From an uncultured cyanobacterium (GTDB lineage: Bacteria; Cyanobacteriota; Cyanobacteriia; Cyanobacteriales; CAWUOF01), in NCBI GenBank assembly GCA_963744145.1, contig CAVUSO010000001.1, positions 6,240,001 to 6,304,000 on the forward strand: a DNA stretch of 64,000 bases, given 5' to 3'. The translations under genes and the position numbers were made by a program. The notes below the pieces were generated by a model that was not told where the DNA came from, did not search any database, and was given only the letters and a program-made list of their open reading frames with translations. Every line of letters begins with the position of its first letter. The first letter of the stretch is position 1. Positions 1 through 10,778 of this stretch are shown piece after piece.

Positions 1-28
1 CAGACATCATGGAAATTGTGTCCAATAA

Positions 29-102
29 GGGATTGTAGTTCAATTGGTTAGAGCACCGCCCTGTCACGGCGGAAGTTGCGGGTTCGAGCCCCGTCAGTCC
101 CG
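29..102 (+). tRNA. trnD: tRNA-Asp(GTC)
   Basis: Acceptor stem GGGATTG/CAGTCCC, D-loop TTGGTTA, anticodon arm CCGCC-CTGTCAC-GGCGG (GTC), T-loop TTCGAG; CCA not encoded. Confidence 0.97.
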
Positions 103-107
103 TTAAC

Positions 108-240
108 GTAGGGGCGTATTGCAATACGCCCCATGGCAATATGCCCCATGGCAATATGCCCCATGGCAATACGCCCCATGGCAATACGCCCCATGGCAAT
201 ACGCCCCATGGCAATATGCCTTATGATAGTATGCCCTATT
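108..240. repeat. REP-like palindrome whose right arm is expanded into a 15-bp tandem array (GCAATA[C/T]GCCCCATG x6 plus 2 degenerate units)
   Basis: GTAGGGGCGTATT at 108-120, followed by units starting at 121, 136, 151, 166, 181, 196 and degenerate units at 211 and 226. Confidence 0.9.
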
Positions 241-328
241 GCCTCCCTAGGTGATTGGAGCGGATCGGAAAATACCATCTAAAATTTAAAATGCAGATGT
301 GATTGCTGTATGGGAGAGAAAAGCTGCT

Positions 329-1777
329 GTGACCGTGAGAGTTCGTATTGCCCCTAGTCCAACTGGAAAATTACATATAGGTACAGCGCGGACAGCTGTA
401 TTTAATTGGTTGTTTGCCCGTCACCAAGGTGGGAAATTCATCATCCGGATCGAAGATACAGATCTAGAGCGATCGCGTCCTGAATATACCGAAAATATTC
501 TGGATGGACTAAAATGGTTGGGGATCGACTGGGATGAAGGACCATTTTATCAATCGCAGCGTACCCAGCTCTATCATCAAGCAATTCAAACCTTAATTGA
601 TCAAGGATATGCTTATCGTTGCTATACTACCACCGCCGAATTAGAGACCATGCGGGCAGACCAAAAAGCCAACAAACAAGCGCCCCGCTATGACAATCGT
701 CACCGTGATCTCACCCCAGAACAACAAAGCAAATTTGAAGCAGAAGGAAGAACCGCAGTCATCCGCTTCAAAATTGACGATGAGCGACAAATTTACTGGA
801 ACGACATGGTCAGGGGAAAAGTGACCTGGAAAGGTAGCGATCTGGGTGGGGACATGGTAATAGCCCGTGCTGCTAACCAAAATGATATTGGTCAACCCCT
901 CTACAATCTAGCGGTAGTAGTCGATGATATCGATCTGAAAATCACCCACGTAATTCGTGGAGAAGATCATATTGGTAACACTCCAAAGCAAATTTTACTC
1001 TATGAAGCATTAGGTGCTCAAGTCCCTGAATTTGCCCACACCCCTCTGATTTTAAATCAAACTGGACAAAAACTATCCAAACGAGATGGGGTTACTTCCA
1101 TTTCTGATTTCCAAGCTTTGGGTTATACCCCAGCAGCAATGGTTAATTACATGACCCTGTTAGGTTGGACTCCACCTGATGCAACTAAAGAAATTTTCAC
1201 TCTGACCCAAGCTGCCACAGAATTTGGATTTGAGCGAGTTAATCAAGCAGGTGCTAAATTTGATTGGGATAAACTGAACTGGTTAAATAGTCAATATCTA
1301 CGCCATCTACCGATCGATCAATTAACCGAGCAACTGATCCCCTGGTGGCAAAAAGCTGGTTATGAATTTGATCCGATTCGCGATCGGGTTTGGTTAGAGC
1401 AATTAGTTGCTTTAATCGGTCCGAGCTTAGTTCGTCTTCAAGACGCTGTGGTAATGAGCCAAATATTCTTGACTCCAAAGGTTGATTTAAATGAAGAAGC
1501 AACTCAACAACTACAACAAGAAGGTGTCATATCTGTGCTTAGATCTATAGAAGAAGCTGTCACTAGTGAAGAAAATCTCACTGCCACCAAAGCTGAAGAA
1601 ATCTTGCAAAGAGTGACTAAAGCGCAAAAAGTCAAAAAAGGTCTAGTGATGCGCTCTCTGAGAGCTGCTCTGACCGGAGATGTGCATGGTCCGGATCTGA
1701 TCCAATCCTGGGTGCTACTAGCTGAAAAAGGACTAGCTCTACCACGCCTACAAACAGCATTAAAATTGGCTAAGTAA
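329..1777 (+). CDS. gltX: Glutamate--tRNA ligase
   Basis: [15 protein letters not shown] (HIGH) and KLSKR (KMSKS) motifs; likely GTG start at 329 after GGAGAG (ORF track opens at 299). Confidence 0.97.
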   Translation: MTVRVRIAPSPTGKLHIGTARTAVFNWLFARHQGGKFIIRIEDTDLERSRPEYTENILDGLKWLGIDWDEGPFYQSQRTQLYHQAIQTLIDQGYAYRCYTTTAELETMRADQKANKQAPRYDNRHRDLTPEQQSKFEAEGRTAVIRFKIDDERQIYWNDMVRGKVTWKGSDLGGDMVIARAANQNDIGQPLYNLAVVVDDIDLKITHVIRGEDHIGNTPKQILLYEALGAQVPEFAHTPLILNQTGQKLSKRDGVTSISDFQALGYTPAAMVNYMTLLGWTPPDATKEIFTLTQAATEFGFERVNQAGAKFDWDKLNWLNSQYLRHLPIDQLTEQLIPWWQKAGYEFDPIRDRVWLEQLVALIGPSLVRLQDAVVMSQIFLTPKVDLNEEATQQLQQEGVISVLRSIEEAVTSEENLTATKAEEILQRVTKAQKVKKGLVMRSLRAALTGDVHGPDLIQSWVLLAEKGLALPRLQTALKLAK

Positions 1778-1884
1778 GACTTAGCTTCCGCTGATCTGAC
1801 TGTCAGGAACTAGCTGTCCCTGATTACCGTCTTTGTCATCAAGATCGACATTGTAGTCCAAAAACTTAATTTAGAAAAAGCAGA

Positions 1885-2412
1885 ATGCACAAAAAAATGC
1901 TGCATTTAGGGCGATTCTTATCAGTCGCAATCACTCTAATCATGAGGGGAATGTGGCTGAGTGAATCAGCAGGAGCTGAAGTAACTCAAGAACCCTCAGC
2001 ATTTGAAGATGTCAGAATTGGGTCAAGGTTTTCTCCAGACCCATTGACGATTCGCGGTATTGCTGGTGGTCCAGTATCGATCGAAACTTTAGCAGGACTG
2101 AAAGAAACAGCCAATGGGCCATGTGTGGGTTTTACGAATGAACAACCAGCACATACCTTAGTTCTCACTTCTTTTTTTAATTATCTTAGTCTCCAGGTAA
2201 AGAGTCCGGAAGATACTACTCTATTAATTCGTGGTCCTGGTGGGACTTGGTGTAATGATGACTTTGACGGTAAAAATCCTGGAATTGCTGGTCAGTGGCT
2301 ACCGGGAAAATATAGCATTTGGGTAGGTTCTTTTAACTCCAATATCTATCCTCCCTACATAATTAACATCACCGAAGTCCAACTCCTTAATCCTTTACCT
2401 TTTAGACCTTAA
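1885..2412 (+). CDS. Secreted hypothetical protein (PPC/pre-peptidase-like beta domain)
   Basis: Signal-like N-terminus; DTTLLIRGPGGTWCNDD...GKYSIWVGS pattern. Confidence 0.6.
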   Translation: MHKKMLHLGRFLSVAITLIMRGMWLSESAGAEVTQEPSAFEDVRIGSRFSPDPLTIRGIAGGPVSIETLAGLKETANGPCVGFTNEQPAHTLVLTSFFNYLSLQVKSPEDTTLLIRGPGGTWCNDDFDGKNPGIAGQWLPGKYSIWVGSFNSNIYPPYIINITEVQLLNPLPFRP

Positions 2413-2429
2413 ATTGCGCTTCGATGACC

Positions 2430-2462
2430 AAAAAAATGGGTGGGAGTTAGCCAATCCCACCC
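2430..2462 (-). terminator. Intrinsic terminator hairpin between convergent genes (serves hetR)
   Basis: GGGTGGGA...TCCCACCC stem with an A-run on its left, giving a U-tract on the minus strand. Confidence 0.6.
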
Positions 2463-2475
2463 TGATGGATAATTA

Positions 2476-3435
<960 letters not shown>

Positions 3436-3821
3436 TCAATCTATACAATATTTTTGATCGCTAGTGTTTTGGCGATCTAGCCAGCTAAGTTAAACCTACT
3501 TAGCTTTGGGCACCCCGATTGTTTTTCAACCACTAATTATCTCTCTTCAGCGTTTACCGCCTTTAGAATATGCCTATTTTATAAGCATTAACTGGCAATT
3601 TGGCAGGTGGAACCAAAAAGAATTGACAAAAGTGTAGAAGCCTACATGGTTTAATCTTATCAAATTGTTTTTGTCACCACCGCAATTTTGGCGTTTTTTT
3701 TACGCCGAAAACCTTTACCCTCTGGTATTTTCAACTCACTCAAAAAATAAAAAATCTCAGCAACAGCAGAACCGACCAAAGGGATAAAGTCCTTTGGTCA
3801 GTAACCATAATTAAATTTCTC

Positions 3822-3850
3822 TTGACAAAATTTTGACCTTAATCTATAAT
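3822..3850 (+). promoter_or_regulatory. Perfect sigma70 consensus promoter TTGACA-N17-TATAAT pointing antisense to patX
   Basis: TTGACA 3822-3827, 17-nt spacer, TATAAT 3845-3850; no plus-strand ORF >=60 aa until 6455. Confidence 0.6.
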
Positions 3851-3959
3851 CAAAAGAAATAACAAACCGTTAGCCACAATTTCCTTGCATCCGCAAAACT
3901 GTTTGACTAAACATCCAAGTTTGCTCAAGCCAAACTAGTGAGTAAAGACGGTTAGACCA

Positions 3960-4283
3960 TTAGGCGTTGTTAAGTGGATGAAAGGAAAATTGACTGATTT
4001 CGTTTGGACAAGCTTGTTCCGGACAGATTCGTCCACTACCACGATGGTCACAAGAATTATTGGCAGATTCTTCGTTTGGTTCGGCTTTATTAGATGAGAA
4101 GAGGAAAAATTCTCTTCTACCATCACCACTCTTAGGAGTGCGATCGCCGGCTTGCTCTGTTTGAACGGATGCTTGTTGATCGGAATTGACAGGATTAATT
4201 GTTGTTTGCTTAGTGCGGAAATTAAGCATACAACCAATTAATAACAGGAAGCTGGCTAAAACCAGTGAAGTTCTAGTAAACAT
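3960..4283 (-). CDS. patX: PatX, RGSGR-pentapeptide HetR inhibitor precursor
   Basis: Hydrophobic signal-like N-terminus, HRGSGR near the C-terminus, position between hetR and an FAD oxidoreductase/methyltransferase as known for patX. Confidence 0.85.
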   Translation of the reverse strand: MFTRTSLVLASFLLLIGCMLNFRTKQTTINPVNSDQQASVQTEQAGDRTPKSGDGRREFFLFSSNKAEPNEESANNSCDHRGSGRICPEQACPNEISQFSFHPLNNA

Positions 4284-4317
4284 GGGAAAATTTCTAGGTG
4301 AGGTGTTCTATTTCCTG

Positions 4318-4345
4318 TTTACGAACTTCAGCTAATCTGTCCGGA
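4318..4345 (-). promoter_or_regulatory. DIF1-like promoter (TCCGGA-N17-GTAAA) upstream of patX
   Basis: TCCGGA at 4340-4345; on the minus strand 17 nt then GTAAA, about 35 nt before the patX ATG. Confidence 0.6.
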
Positions 4346-4435
4346 TTAAAATTGGCAGAAAAGCGAATTTATAATTATTAATCGCCAAAAAAATAAATAT
4401 TTTCAGAACTTACTCAGACTAATGTGAAGTCTAAC

Positions 4436-6254
4436 TCACACCAACCCAATCTGAATTTGTTCCACTAAAATCCAAGCACCAGATAAATTTATCTGTCCCC
4501 AGACAATCACAGGTTTTCCAGTTGGACAACTTTGGAGTTTTTGGTCTATTTCTGGACGTAAAGTTACTAATTCTATCACTGATACATTTAACCCTACTGG
4601 CTCAGTCAGGGTCAATGTATAGTTTTGTTCTCCATGAGCATGAAAAATGCCAGAAAATTTTGGACTAGAAAAATCATCAATTCTCTGACTGATGATCCCG
4701 GAGGAGGAAGGACAGTTTCCCTGTATGGGATAATCCTCAGGATGATCTAGATAATAATTTTGCCAGTAAAGCCAATCATTCCGATCGGGAGGCAAATTAA
4801 ACAAGGGAATCACAGCCATTGGTGCGATCGGATCTTGTAACAAAGCGGTTTGTAAGACCCGGACTGATAAATCCCTGGGTTGACAGTCCGATTCAACACA
4901 TAAAGCAGCAGCCATCCCAGCGGCTTGACCAATGCCCATGACTACAGTTTGCAACCGAGTGGCACCATTAGCAATATGGGAGACAGAAATATTTTTTTCA
5001 GCAACTAAGAATCCATCAGTGCTGATCGGTACTAAAGAATCATAGGGGATAGTGAACGGAGTTCCCGTTACACTTCCACCCCAACGAATTGATTTTGGTT
5101 GGAGGGGAAATTCGACTCCTGGATAATGATGATCATTAGCATAATTACCGATAGCGATCGCCCGGACTTGACCATTGATGATCGGTAATTTAGCCACTCT
5201 TCCGGTAGGTATGGGCAAAATATCTTGCTCTTGGATGGTGACTAATCCCTGAAGACGACGACTTTCGCGATAATAGGGACTTAAAGCTAAACCCCCACCA
5301 CCTAGAGCATATTCCCCCACCCAATATCCTTTAATGCTACCTGGGAAGGGAAACACTTGTTGGGCTAATCCATAACGTCGTCCTAATTCTTGTTGGATAA
5401 AGTGAGCAAAACCCTGACTATACCAACAAGCTTCTTGCAGAAACTCAAATCTTGCTGCTTCAGATTTGACTAAACGTCCTAAATCTCGGCCATAATCATT
5501 ACCGGATATAGGCCAGTTGAGCATGAAGAGATTTCCTGGTAATCTACCATAATTAAGAAATTTTTCTGCACCATAACGTGACCAAGCATTGGTAAATGCT
5601 CCAGAACAGTCGAAGGGAGGTGGGGGAATTTCGGTCGCGATCGCATCTGGACCAAAATCTTGTAAAATTGCTACCCAAGTTGGTGCTTGGACTGGATAGG
5701 TTTCGGTTAAAGAATTAGCTGTCTGGGGAGCACTCTGGTTCCTGTCCAAAAGATGCAAATTCCCATCCCCAACGATAGGGAATTTCACCATCCGCTAGGA
5801 GATCTCCTAATTCGGTCGCATCAATGGTAATTTTAGCCAGGATCGTCAAATCCTGAAATCGGACTCCCTGGATGCGATCGCCCGATCGCAAAACTTCTCC
5901 GGGCACCTGTCCAATGATCCAGTGCAAATTAGGTAATTCTTGCACCCAATCCGTCCAAATTTTCGCCCCAATGCGGGGATCAAAAGTAAAAAAACTGACC
6001 CAACTGTGATCTAATCCTTCTGGTTGACGACACTTAAGTTCTTGTAAAAATGCTCCCCAAATACCCGTTTGCCATGCTGCGAGTTCATTCCCATCTGGTG
6101 CAGAAACTCCAGCGGAGGTTAACATTCCTCCTAACCAGCTCCATGTGCTGACTAAGATCGTGTTTGCTCCTCGACGTGCAGCTTGAATAGCTGCTACCGT
6201 TCCCCCAGTCCCTCCACCGACAACTAGGATATCAGTATGAATTTGGTTTTGCAT
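4436..6254 (-). pseudogene. FAD-dependent oxidoreductase, frameshifted near 5735 (or sequencing error)
   Basis: N-half 5715-6254 has DILVVGGGTGG; C-half 4436-5791 has PYYRESRRL and ANGATRLQ; removing one base gives ...GQEP-SAPQTA... Confidence 0.8.
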
Positions 6255-6454
6255 TCTCTTCGATTTAATTATCTGATCATCAGCCTATTGGCGGAGATTA
6301 TACATTAAATCTAATTTTATTATCAAAAGTTAAAGATTTTTAGGAGCGTATGGCAATCCGCGGGCGTATGGCAATCCGCCCCTACGAAAATTTTAAGCAG
6401 CGATAAAACAAGTATAATAATCTTATCATACCATCATGATGGCAATTAAATTTT

Positions 6455-7363
6455 ATGGCCGTAACTAAAGACACCATTTTCGAGCGTTTCCTCAAGCCAA
6501 TTTTCGGGTTACTGATTAATGAAGCAGAAATTCGGAATCTTTCTAACAGTATTAATTGGCTAGAAGCGATCGCCCGTTACCAACAACCAAATCTGATTTA
6601 CCCTAACTATTATATTAGTCAAAATTTCCATGGAGTTGAAGGTGGATATCTTACTTCTGATGCAGCAGTTTCCTACGATCCAATTACTCAATATGTCTTA
6701 CCACCAAATGAAATTGTAGCACGTCAAGGCTTAATCGACAATATTCGCTGTCAACCAAGACGAATTCTTGATCTGGGTTGTGGGACAGGTTCAATGACCT
6801 TAATGTTAAAACAAGCTTTTCGGGAAGCAGAAGTAATTGGATTAGATTTATCTCCATATATGTTAGTGATAGCTGATCGGAAAGCTAGCAAAACCGGATT
6901 AAATATCCAATGGGTTCATGGCAATGCAGAAAGTACCAGATTACCTGATAATTCCTTTGATTTAGTCACAGCAGCTTTATTATTTCATGAAACACCAACA
7001 GAAGTATCCCAAGCAATATTAAGAGAGAGTTTCCGACTGTTGAAAGCCGGGGGAGAGATGTTAGTTTTCGATGGTAATCAGAAGACTCTCAAACAACTAA
7101 ATTGGCTTCAAGAAATATTTGAGGAACCTTATATCAAAGATTATTCATCTGGTAATTTAGATGCTTGGATGGGAGGAGCAGGATTTGGAGCAGTGCAAAG
7201 TGAAGAATGGTGGATGATCCATCAGGTAACTCGTGGTGTTAAACCGCTTCCCGTAGATGATCCTAATATAGCAAGCAGGAATCAGGTTAATCTAAATCAA
7301 GACAATAATAATCCTCTAGATGGAGATGATTTACGAGGTTTTCCAGTCCCTGCTTTTAGTTAA
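6455..7363 (+). CDS. Class I SAM-dependent methyltransferase
   Basis: ILDLGCGTG motif I, GLDLSPYML, FDLVTAALLFHE. Confidence 0.9.
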   Translation: MAVTKDTIFERFLKPIFGLLINEAEIRNLSNSINWLEAIARYQQPNLIYPNYYISQNFHGVEGGYLTSDAAVSYDPITQYVLPPNEIVARQGLIDNIRCQPRRILDLGCGTGSMTLMLKQAFREAEVIGLDLSPYMLVIADRKASKTGLNIQWVHGNAESTRLPDNSFDLVTAALLFHETPTEVSQAILRESFRLLKAGGEMLVFDGNQKTLKQLNWLQEIFEEPYIKDYSSGNLDAWMGGAGFGAVQSEEWWMIHQVTRGVKPLPVDDPNIASRNQVNLNQDNNNPLDGDDLRGFPVPAFS

Positions 7364-7438
7364 AATTGATGGAGCTATATCCTCAGTTTTATTTCTGGCT
7401 GAAACCAAGTAATTTAAAAGCATGATCGCACAGAAATT

Positions 7439-8167
7439 ATGACTCTCAAAGCAGTTTTATTCGATTTCAATGGGATCATTATTAATGATGAACCGATTCA
7501 TCAACAATTGCTAGAAGATATTCTATTGGGAGAAAACATCCGTCCTAATCCAGAAGAGATTCGTCAAGTTTCTCTAGGAAGGAGCGATCGGGTTTGTCTA
7601 AAAGAATTGTTGATGTTACATGGTCGATTTGTGAGCGAGCAATATTTAGATCAGCTGCTAATCCGTAAAGCTAACGCATATATCGAAAAATTGGCAACTC
7701 TAAATAAATTACCAATTTATCCAACTTTAGCAGACTTGATTTTTAAAGTCCGAGTTAGTAGGTTAAAAATGGCAGTAGTAAGCGGAGCTTTACTTGGTGA
7801 AATTGAGCAAGTGTTAACCAGAGCAGGGATCGCAGAAAACTTTGCTGTGATTGTAGCTGGAGATGAGATTAAAGTAAGCAAACCAGAACCAGATGGTTAT
7901 CTTTTAGCAGTAGAGCGTCTGAATCAAATATACCCAGAACTGAACTTAAAACCTTGGGAATGTCTAGCGATCGAAGATTCTTTTGCAGGAATTCAAGCTG
8001 CTAAAAATGCAGGTATCCCCGTCGTCGGGGTAGCACACACTTATCCGTTTCATATGCTCCACCGTCGAGCTAATTGGACAATCGATTATCTGTCGGATTT
8101 GGATTTGGATCAAGTCCGAGAGGTATATCAAAGAGGTAGATTTCAGTTGAGTGGGAGTAGTCCATAA
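7439..8167 (+). CDS. HAD-family phosphatase
   Basis: AVLFDFNGII, SKPEPDGY, AIEDSFAGIQAA motifs. Confidence 0.9.
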   Translation: MTLKAVLFDFNGIIINDEPIHQQLLEDILLGENIRPNPEEIRQVSLGRSDRVCLKELLMLHGRFVSEQYLDQLLIRKANAYIEKLATLNKLPIYPTLADLIFKVRVSRLKMAVVSGALLGEIEQVLTRAGIAENFAVIVAGDEIKVSKPEPDGYLLAVERLNQIYPELNLKPWECLAIEDSFAGIQAAKNAGIPVVGVAHTYPFHMLHRRANWTIDYLSDLDLDQVREVYQRGRFQLSGSSP

Positions 8168-8272
8168 ATCCTAGATGGGAAGTGTCCCTGGTACATCGGG
8201 AATCAGAAAAATATTTTCCGATTAGCGATCGCTAATGCCTGAGTTAGTGTTATAGTGGAAATGTGGTTTGCT

Positions 8273-8345
8273 GGGGAATTAGCTCAGTTGGTAGAGCGCT
8301 GCGATCGCACCGCAGAGGTCAGGGATTCGAGTTCCCTATTCTCCA
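8273..8345 (+). tRNA. trnA: tRNA-Ala(CGC)
   Basis: GGGGAAT/ATTCTCC acceptor with G3:U70, anticodon arm CTGCG-ATCGCAC-CGCAG, T-loop TTCGAG. Confidence 0.95.
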
Positions 8346-8510
8346 TTAGTCGATAAGCCAAGATTAATGGAAAACCTAACCCCTGTATCCTTTAAAGGTA
8401 CAATGAGCGGGATACCTCACGCACCTCAGAACAATTCTCGATCGCCACCTGAATTAGACGCTATATCATCTGCAAAAATTGTAAAGAACAAATTTATGTC
8501 TATCTGATCT

Positions 8511-10012
8511 TTGATACTCTCAGGTCTAAAGACACTGAGATTCTTGAATAGTCCAGAGTCTGAACTTCAAAGGCGCGTACAAGACACCTCTACTGATTTC
8601 ACTTAGGTCTAGCCCAAGATTCACCGCTACTTTTCTTAAAATATTAGCTGCACCGTTGCAATCGGCATTGATCTTTATGCCTTTAGAACTGACATACAAG
8701 CCTCGCTTCACTCTTTTTCCTGATGCTGTCCATTCTTCGGGTTTTTCACCATAAGTTGGGATGGGGTCAGCGTCTAAAAAACTAGCTTTACTTGTATAGC
8801 TTTCTTCAGTTTCTTCAAACTTAATGTCGTACAACTCACATAGTTGTTGGATTCTTGTTTTGAGTCTAGCTGTAGATATTTGGACAAAGTTTTGATTAGT
8901 TTGCTTACCTAACTCAATGCCATCTTTTTGTCCTTTATTCCAACCAAATACTAAAGTTCCGATGCCATTATTTAAACAGTAATTTATCACTATTCGAGCC
9001 GCTTTGTTGATAGCGTCCCTCATCTGTCTATTCCGTTTCTCAGTCATTGCTGCCAAACGATTAGACCAGAACCCTTTAGGCTTATTAGCTTTGAGTTTGG
9101 CTACTTGTTTGTTATACCATTGATTGACCGATTTTAGATGTTTGCCATCAATTATGAAGCTTGTGCCCACATTACTAACGGCTGTTAGCCAGTTGTTCAA
9201 ACCGTGGTCTAACCCTAAGCATTTAGCTGTGTCTAGAACAGGTTTTTCGACTAAGTTTGGGTAGACAAACTCTGCATAAAAACATCCATTTCTTGGGAGG
9301 ATTCTGACTTCTCTAAGAGACTCAAAATCTAAGTTAGTTGGCCTTGGTAGGAAAAACTCTTTTATGCCAAACCAAGCGTTGATTTGTAACCCTAAAGGAA
9401 ATCTAATCTTTCCATCAATTAACCTTAGCGACCGTTTGGGATAGGCAATTAATTGATAGCCACCAGGTTTCCGATAATTGGGCAAGTTGGGTTTAGTTTC
9501 GAGTTTACCACTCAGCCACAACTCCCTTAACTTGGCAAAGGAGCTAATGGACTCACCTACGGCATTACAAGTTTGTGTTGCGGCATCGGATGGTAGGGCA
9601 GAAAAATGTCTATTTTTAGTTTGTATTAGGTGTGCCCCTATCTCAAACTTCGTTACAAATCTGCGAGTTTTGAACCAGATTTGACGAGCGTAATAGGTAG
9701 CACAATTGTGTAGCTTATTGGACTCTGAGCAAATAAATTCAAGAATTGCTTTTAACTCTGAACCAGCATCAATTAAATTTTGCTGAACACCTAACGGTAC
9801 TTGGGGCTTCTTTTCCGTTTTCTTTCTTTTGACCATTTCATCACTTTCATTTCTCTATATACATCATAGCTTAATGTCGAGAAAAAAGTAAGTCTTTTCT
9901 ACAAAAGCAATGGTAAGATTAAGAAATATTCTCTGGTGGTTAAAACCACTTGGGTCGTTTCCCTCTCAGGTCTAAAGAACCTGAGCTTCCCACAAACCCA
10001 TGTTTTTTTGTG
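8511..10012 (-). mobile_element. Non-autonomous IS200/IS605-family element (tnpB only)
   Basis: Near-identical subterminal hairpins TCTCAGGTCTAAAGACACTGAGA (8518-8540) and CTCAGGTCTAAAGAACCTGAG (9965-9985); right end TCAA on the minus strand at 8511; no tnpA; left boundary approximate. Confidence 0.8.
8526..9836 (-). CDS. tnpB: RNA-guided endonuclease TnpB
   Basis: LGLDHGLNN (RuvC-I), EESYTSKASFLD, INADCNGAANI (RuvC-III). Confidence 0.93.
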   Translation of the reverse strand: MVKRKKTEKKPQVPLGVQQNLIDAGSELKAILEFICSESNKLHNCATYYARQIWFKTRRFVTKFEIGAHLIQTKNRHFSALPSDAATQTCNAVGESISSFAKLRELWLSGKLETKPNLPNYRKPGGYQLIAYPKRSLRLIDGKIRFPLGLQINAWFGIKEFFLPRPTNLDFESLREVRILPRNGCFYAEFVYPNLVEKPVLDTAKCLGLDHGLNNWLTAVSNVGTSFIIDGKHLKSVNQWYNKQVAKLKANKPKGFWSNRLAAMTEKRNRQMRDAINKAARIVINYCLNNGIGTLVFGWNKGQKDGIELGKQTNQNFVQISTARLKTRIQQLCELYDIKFEETEESYTSKASFLDADPIPTYGEKPEEWTASGKRVKRGLYVSSKGIKINADCNGAANILRKVAVNLGLDLSEISRGVLYAPLKFRLWTIQESQCL

Positions 10013-10513
10013 ATTAAAGATAACAGAATTGCTCATTTTACTCCCTGTGCGATCGCACTTGGTAGTAATCTCGGTAATTCCCATACTATTTTTGCGACTA
10101 CTCTCGCAATTCTTGATACTATCCCAGGGATTACCTTAAAATCTCGCTCTAGTTGGTATCAAACTCTGCCCGTTGGTCCACCACAACCTGATTATTTGAA
10201 TGGTTGTGCGCTCCTTGATGTCCAATTGACTCCCCAGGAATTGTTACAAAATCTACTGGAAATAGAACTAAAATTTGGTCGAATCCGACAGGAACGCTGG
10301 GGACCAAGAACTCTGGATCTAGATTTATTGTTGTTTGGAGACCTAATTTTAACCACTCCCACCCTGCAATTACCCCATCCAGAAATGTGCGATCGCCCGT
10401 TTGTCCTAATTCCTTTAGCCGAAATTGCTCCCGATTGGATCGAACCTGTGAGTGGAAAAGCGATCGCGGAACTTGCTCAAGGGATAGACTCAACTGGAGT
10501 CAAAAAATTGTAA
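10010..10513 (+). CDS. folK: 2-amino-4-hydroxy-6-hydroxymethyldihydropteridine diphosphokinase
   Basis: IALGSNLG, QPDYLNG, RWGPRTLDLDLL, LPHP motifs; start uncertain (GTG 10010 or TTG 9950). Confidence 0.93.
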   Translation: MIKDNRIAHFTPCAIALGSNLGNSHTIFATTLAILDTIPGITLKSRSSWYQTLPVGPPQPDYLNGCALLDVQLTPQELLQNLLEIELKFGRIRQERWGPRTLDLDLLLFGDLILTTPTLQLPHPEMCDRPFVLIPLAEIAPDWIEPVSGKAIAELAQGIDSTGVKKL

Positions 10514-10549
10514 ACTGAATCAGTTATTACTCTGGAGACAAATTGAATT

Positions 10550-10744
10550 ATGGCCATAGAATTGCAAGTCCCTTCGATGGTTTGCGGAAAATGCGTCGAA
10601 ACTATCACTAAAGCCATTAAAACCGTTGATGCGGATGCTACTATCTCTACAGATTTAGAGAAAAAAACTGTAACATTGGAGTCTTCCGCGACAGCAGAAT
10701 CATTTAAAGAAGCCATAATTAACAGTGGTCATACGATCGCTTAG
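10550..10744 (+). CDS. Heavy-metal-associated (CopZ/Atx1-like) chaperone
   Basis: 64 aa with MVCGKC (MxCxxC) motif. Confidence 0.9.
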   Translation: MAIELQVPSMVCGKCVETITKAIKTVDADATISTDLEKKTVTLESSATAESFKEAIINSGHTIA

Positions 10745-10778
10745 GAAAATCTACCGTAATTGTCAAACTTAATTTCCT

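Noticed and set aside
121..240. Possible CRISPR array and the 76-aa ORF 48..278
   Set aside because: The 15-bp units are head-to-tail with no unique spacers, and no cas genes are present; the ORF is a by-product of the repeat and overlaps the tRNA
3633..3646. TGTA-N6-TACA upstream of hetR as an NtcA box
   Set aside because: Spacing is GTA-N6-TAC rather than the required GTA-N8-TAC
8300..8310. HIP1 site inside the tRNA-Ala anticodon arm
   Set aside because: Explained by the CGC anticodon and stem sequence; no evidence of an added function
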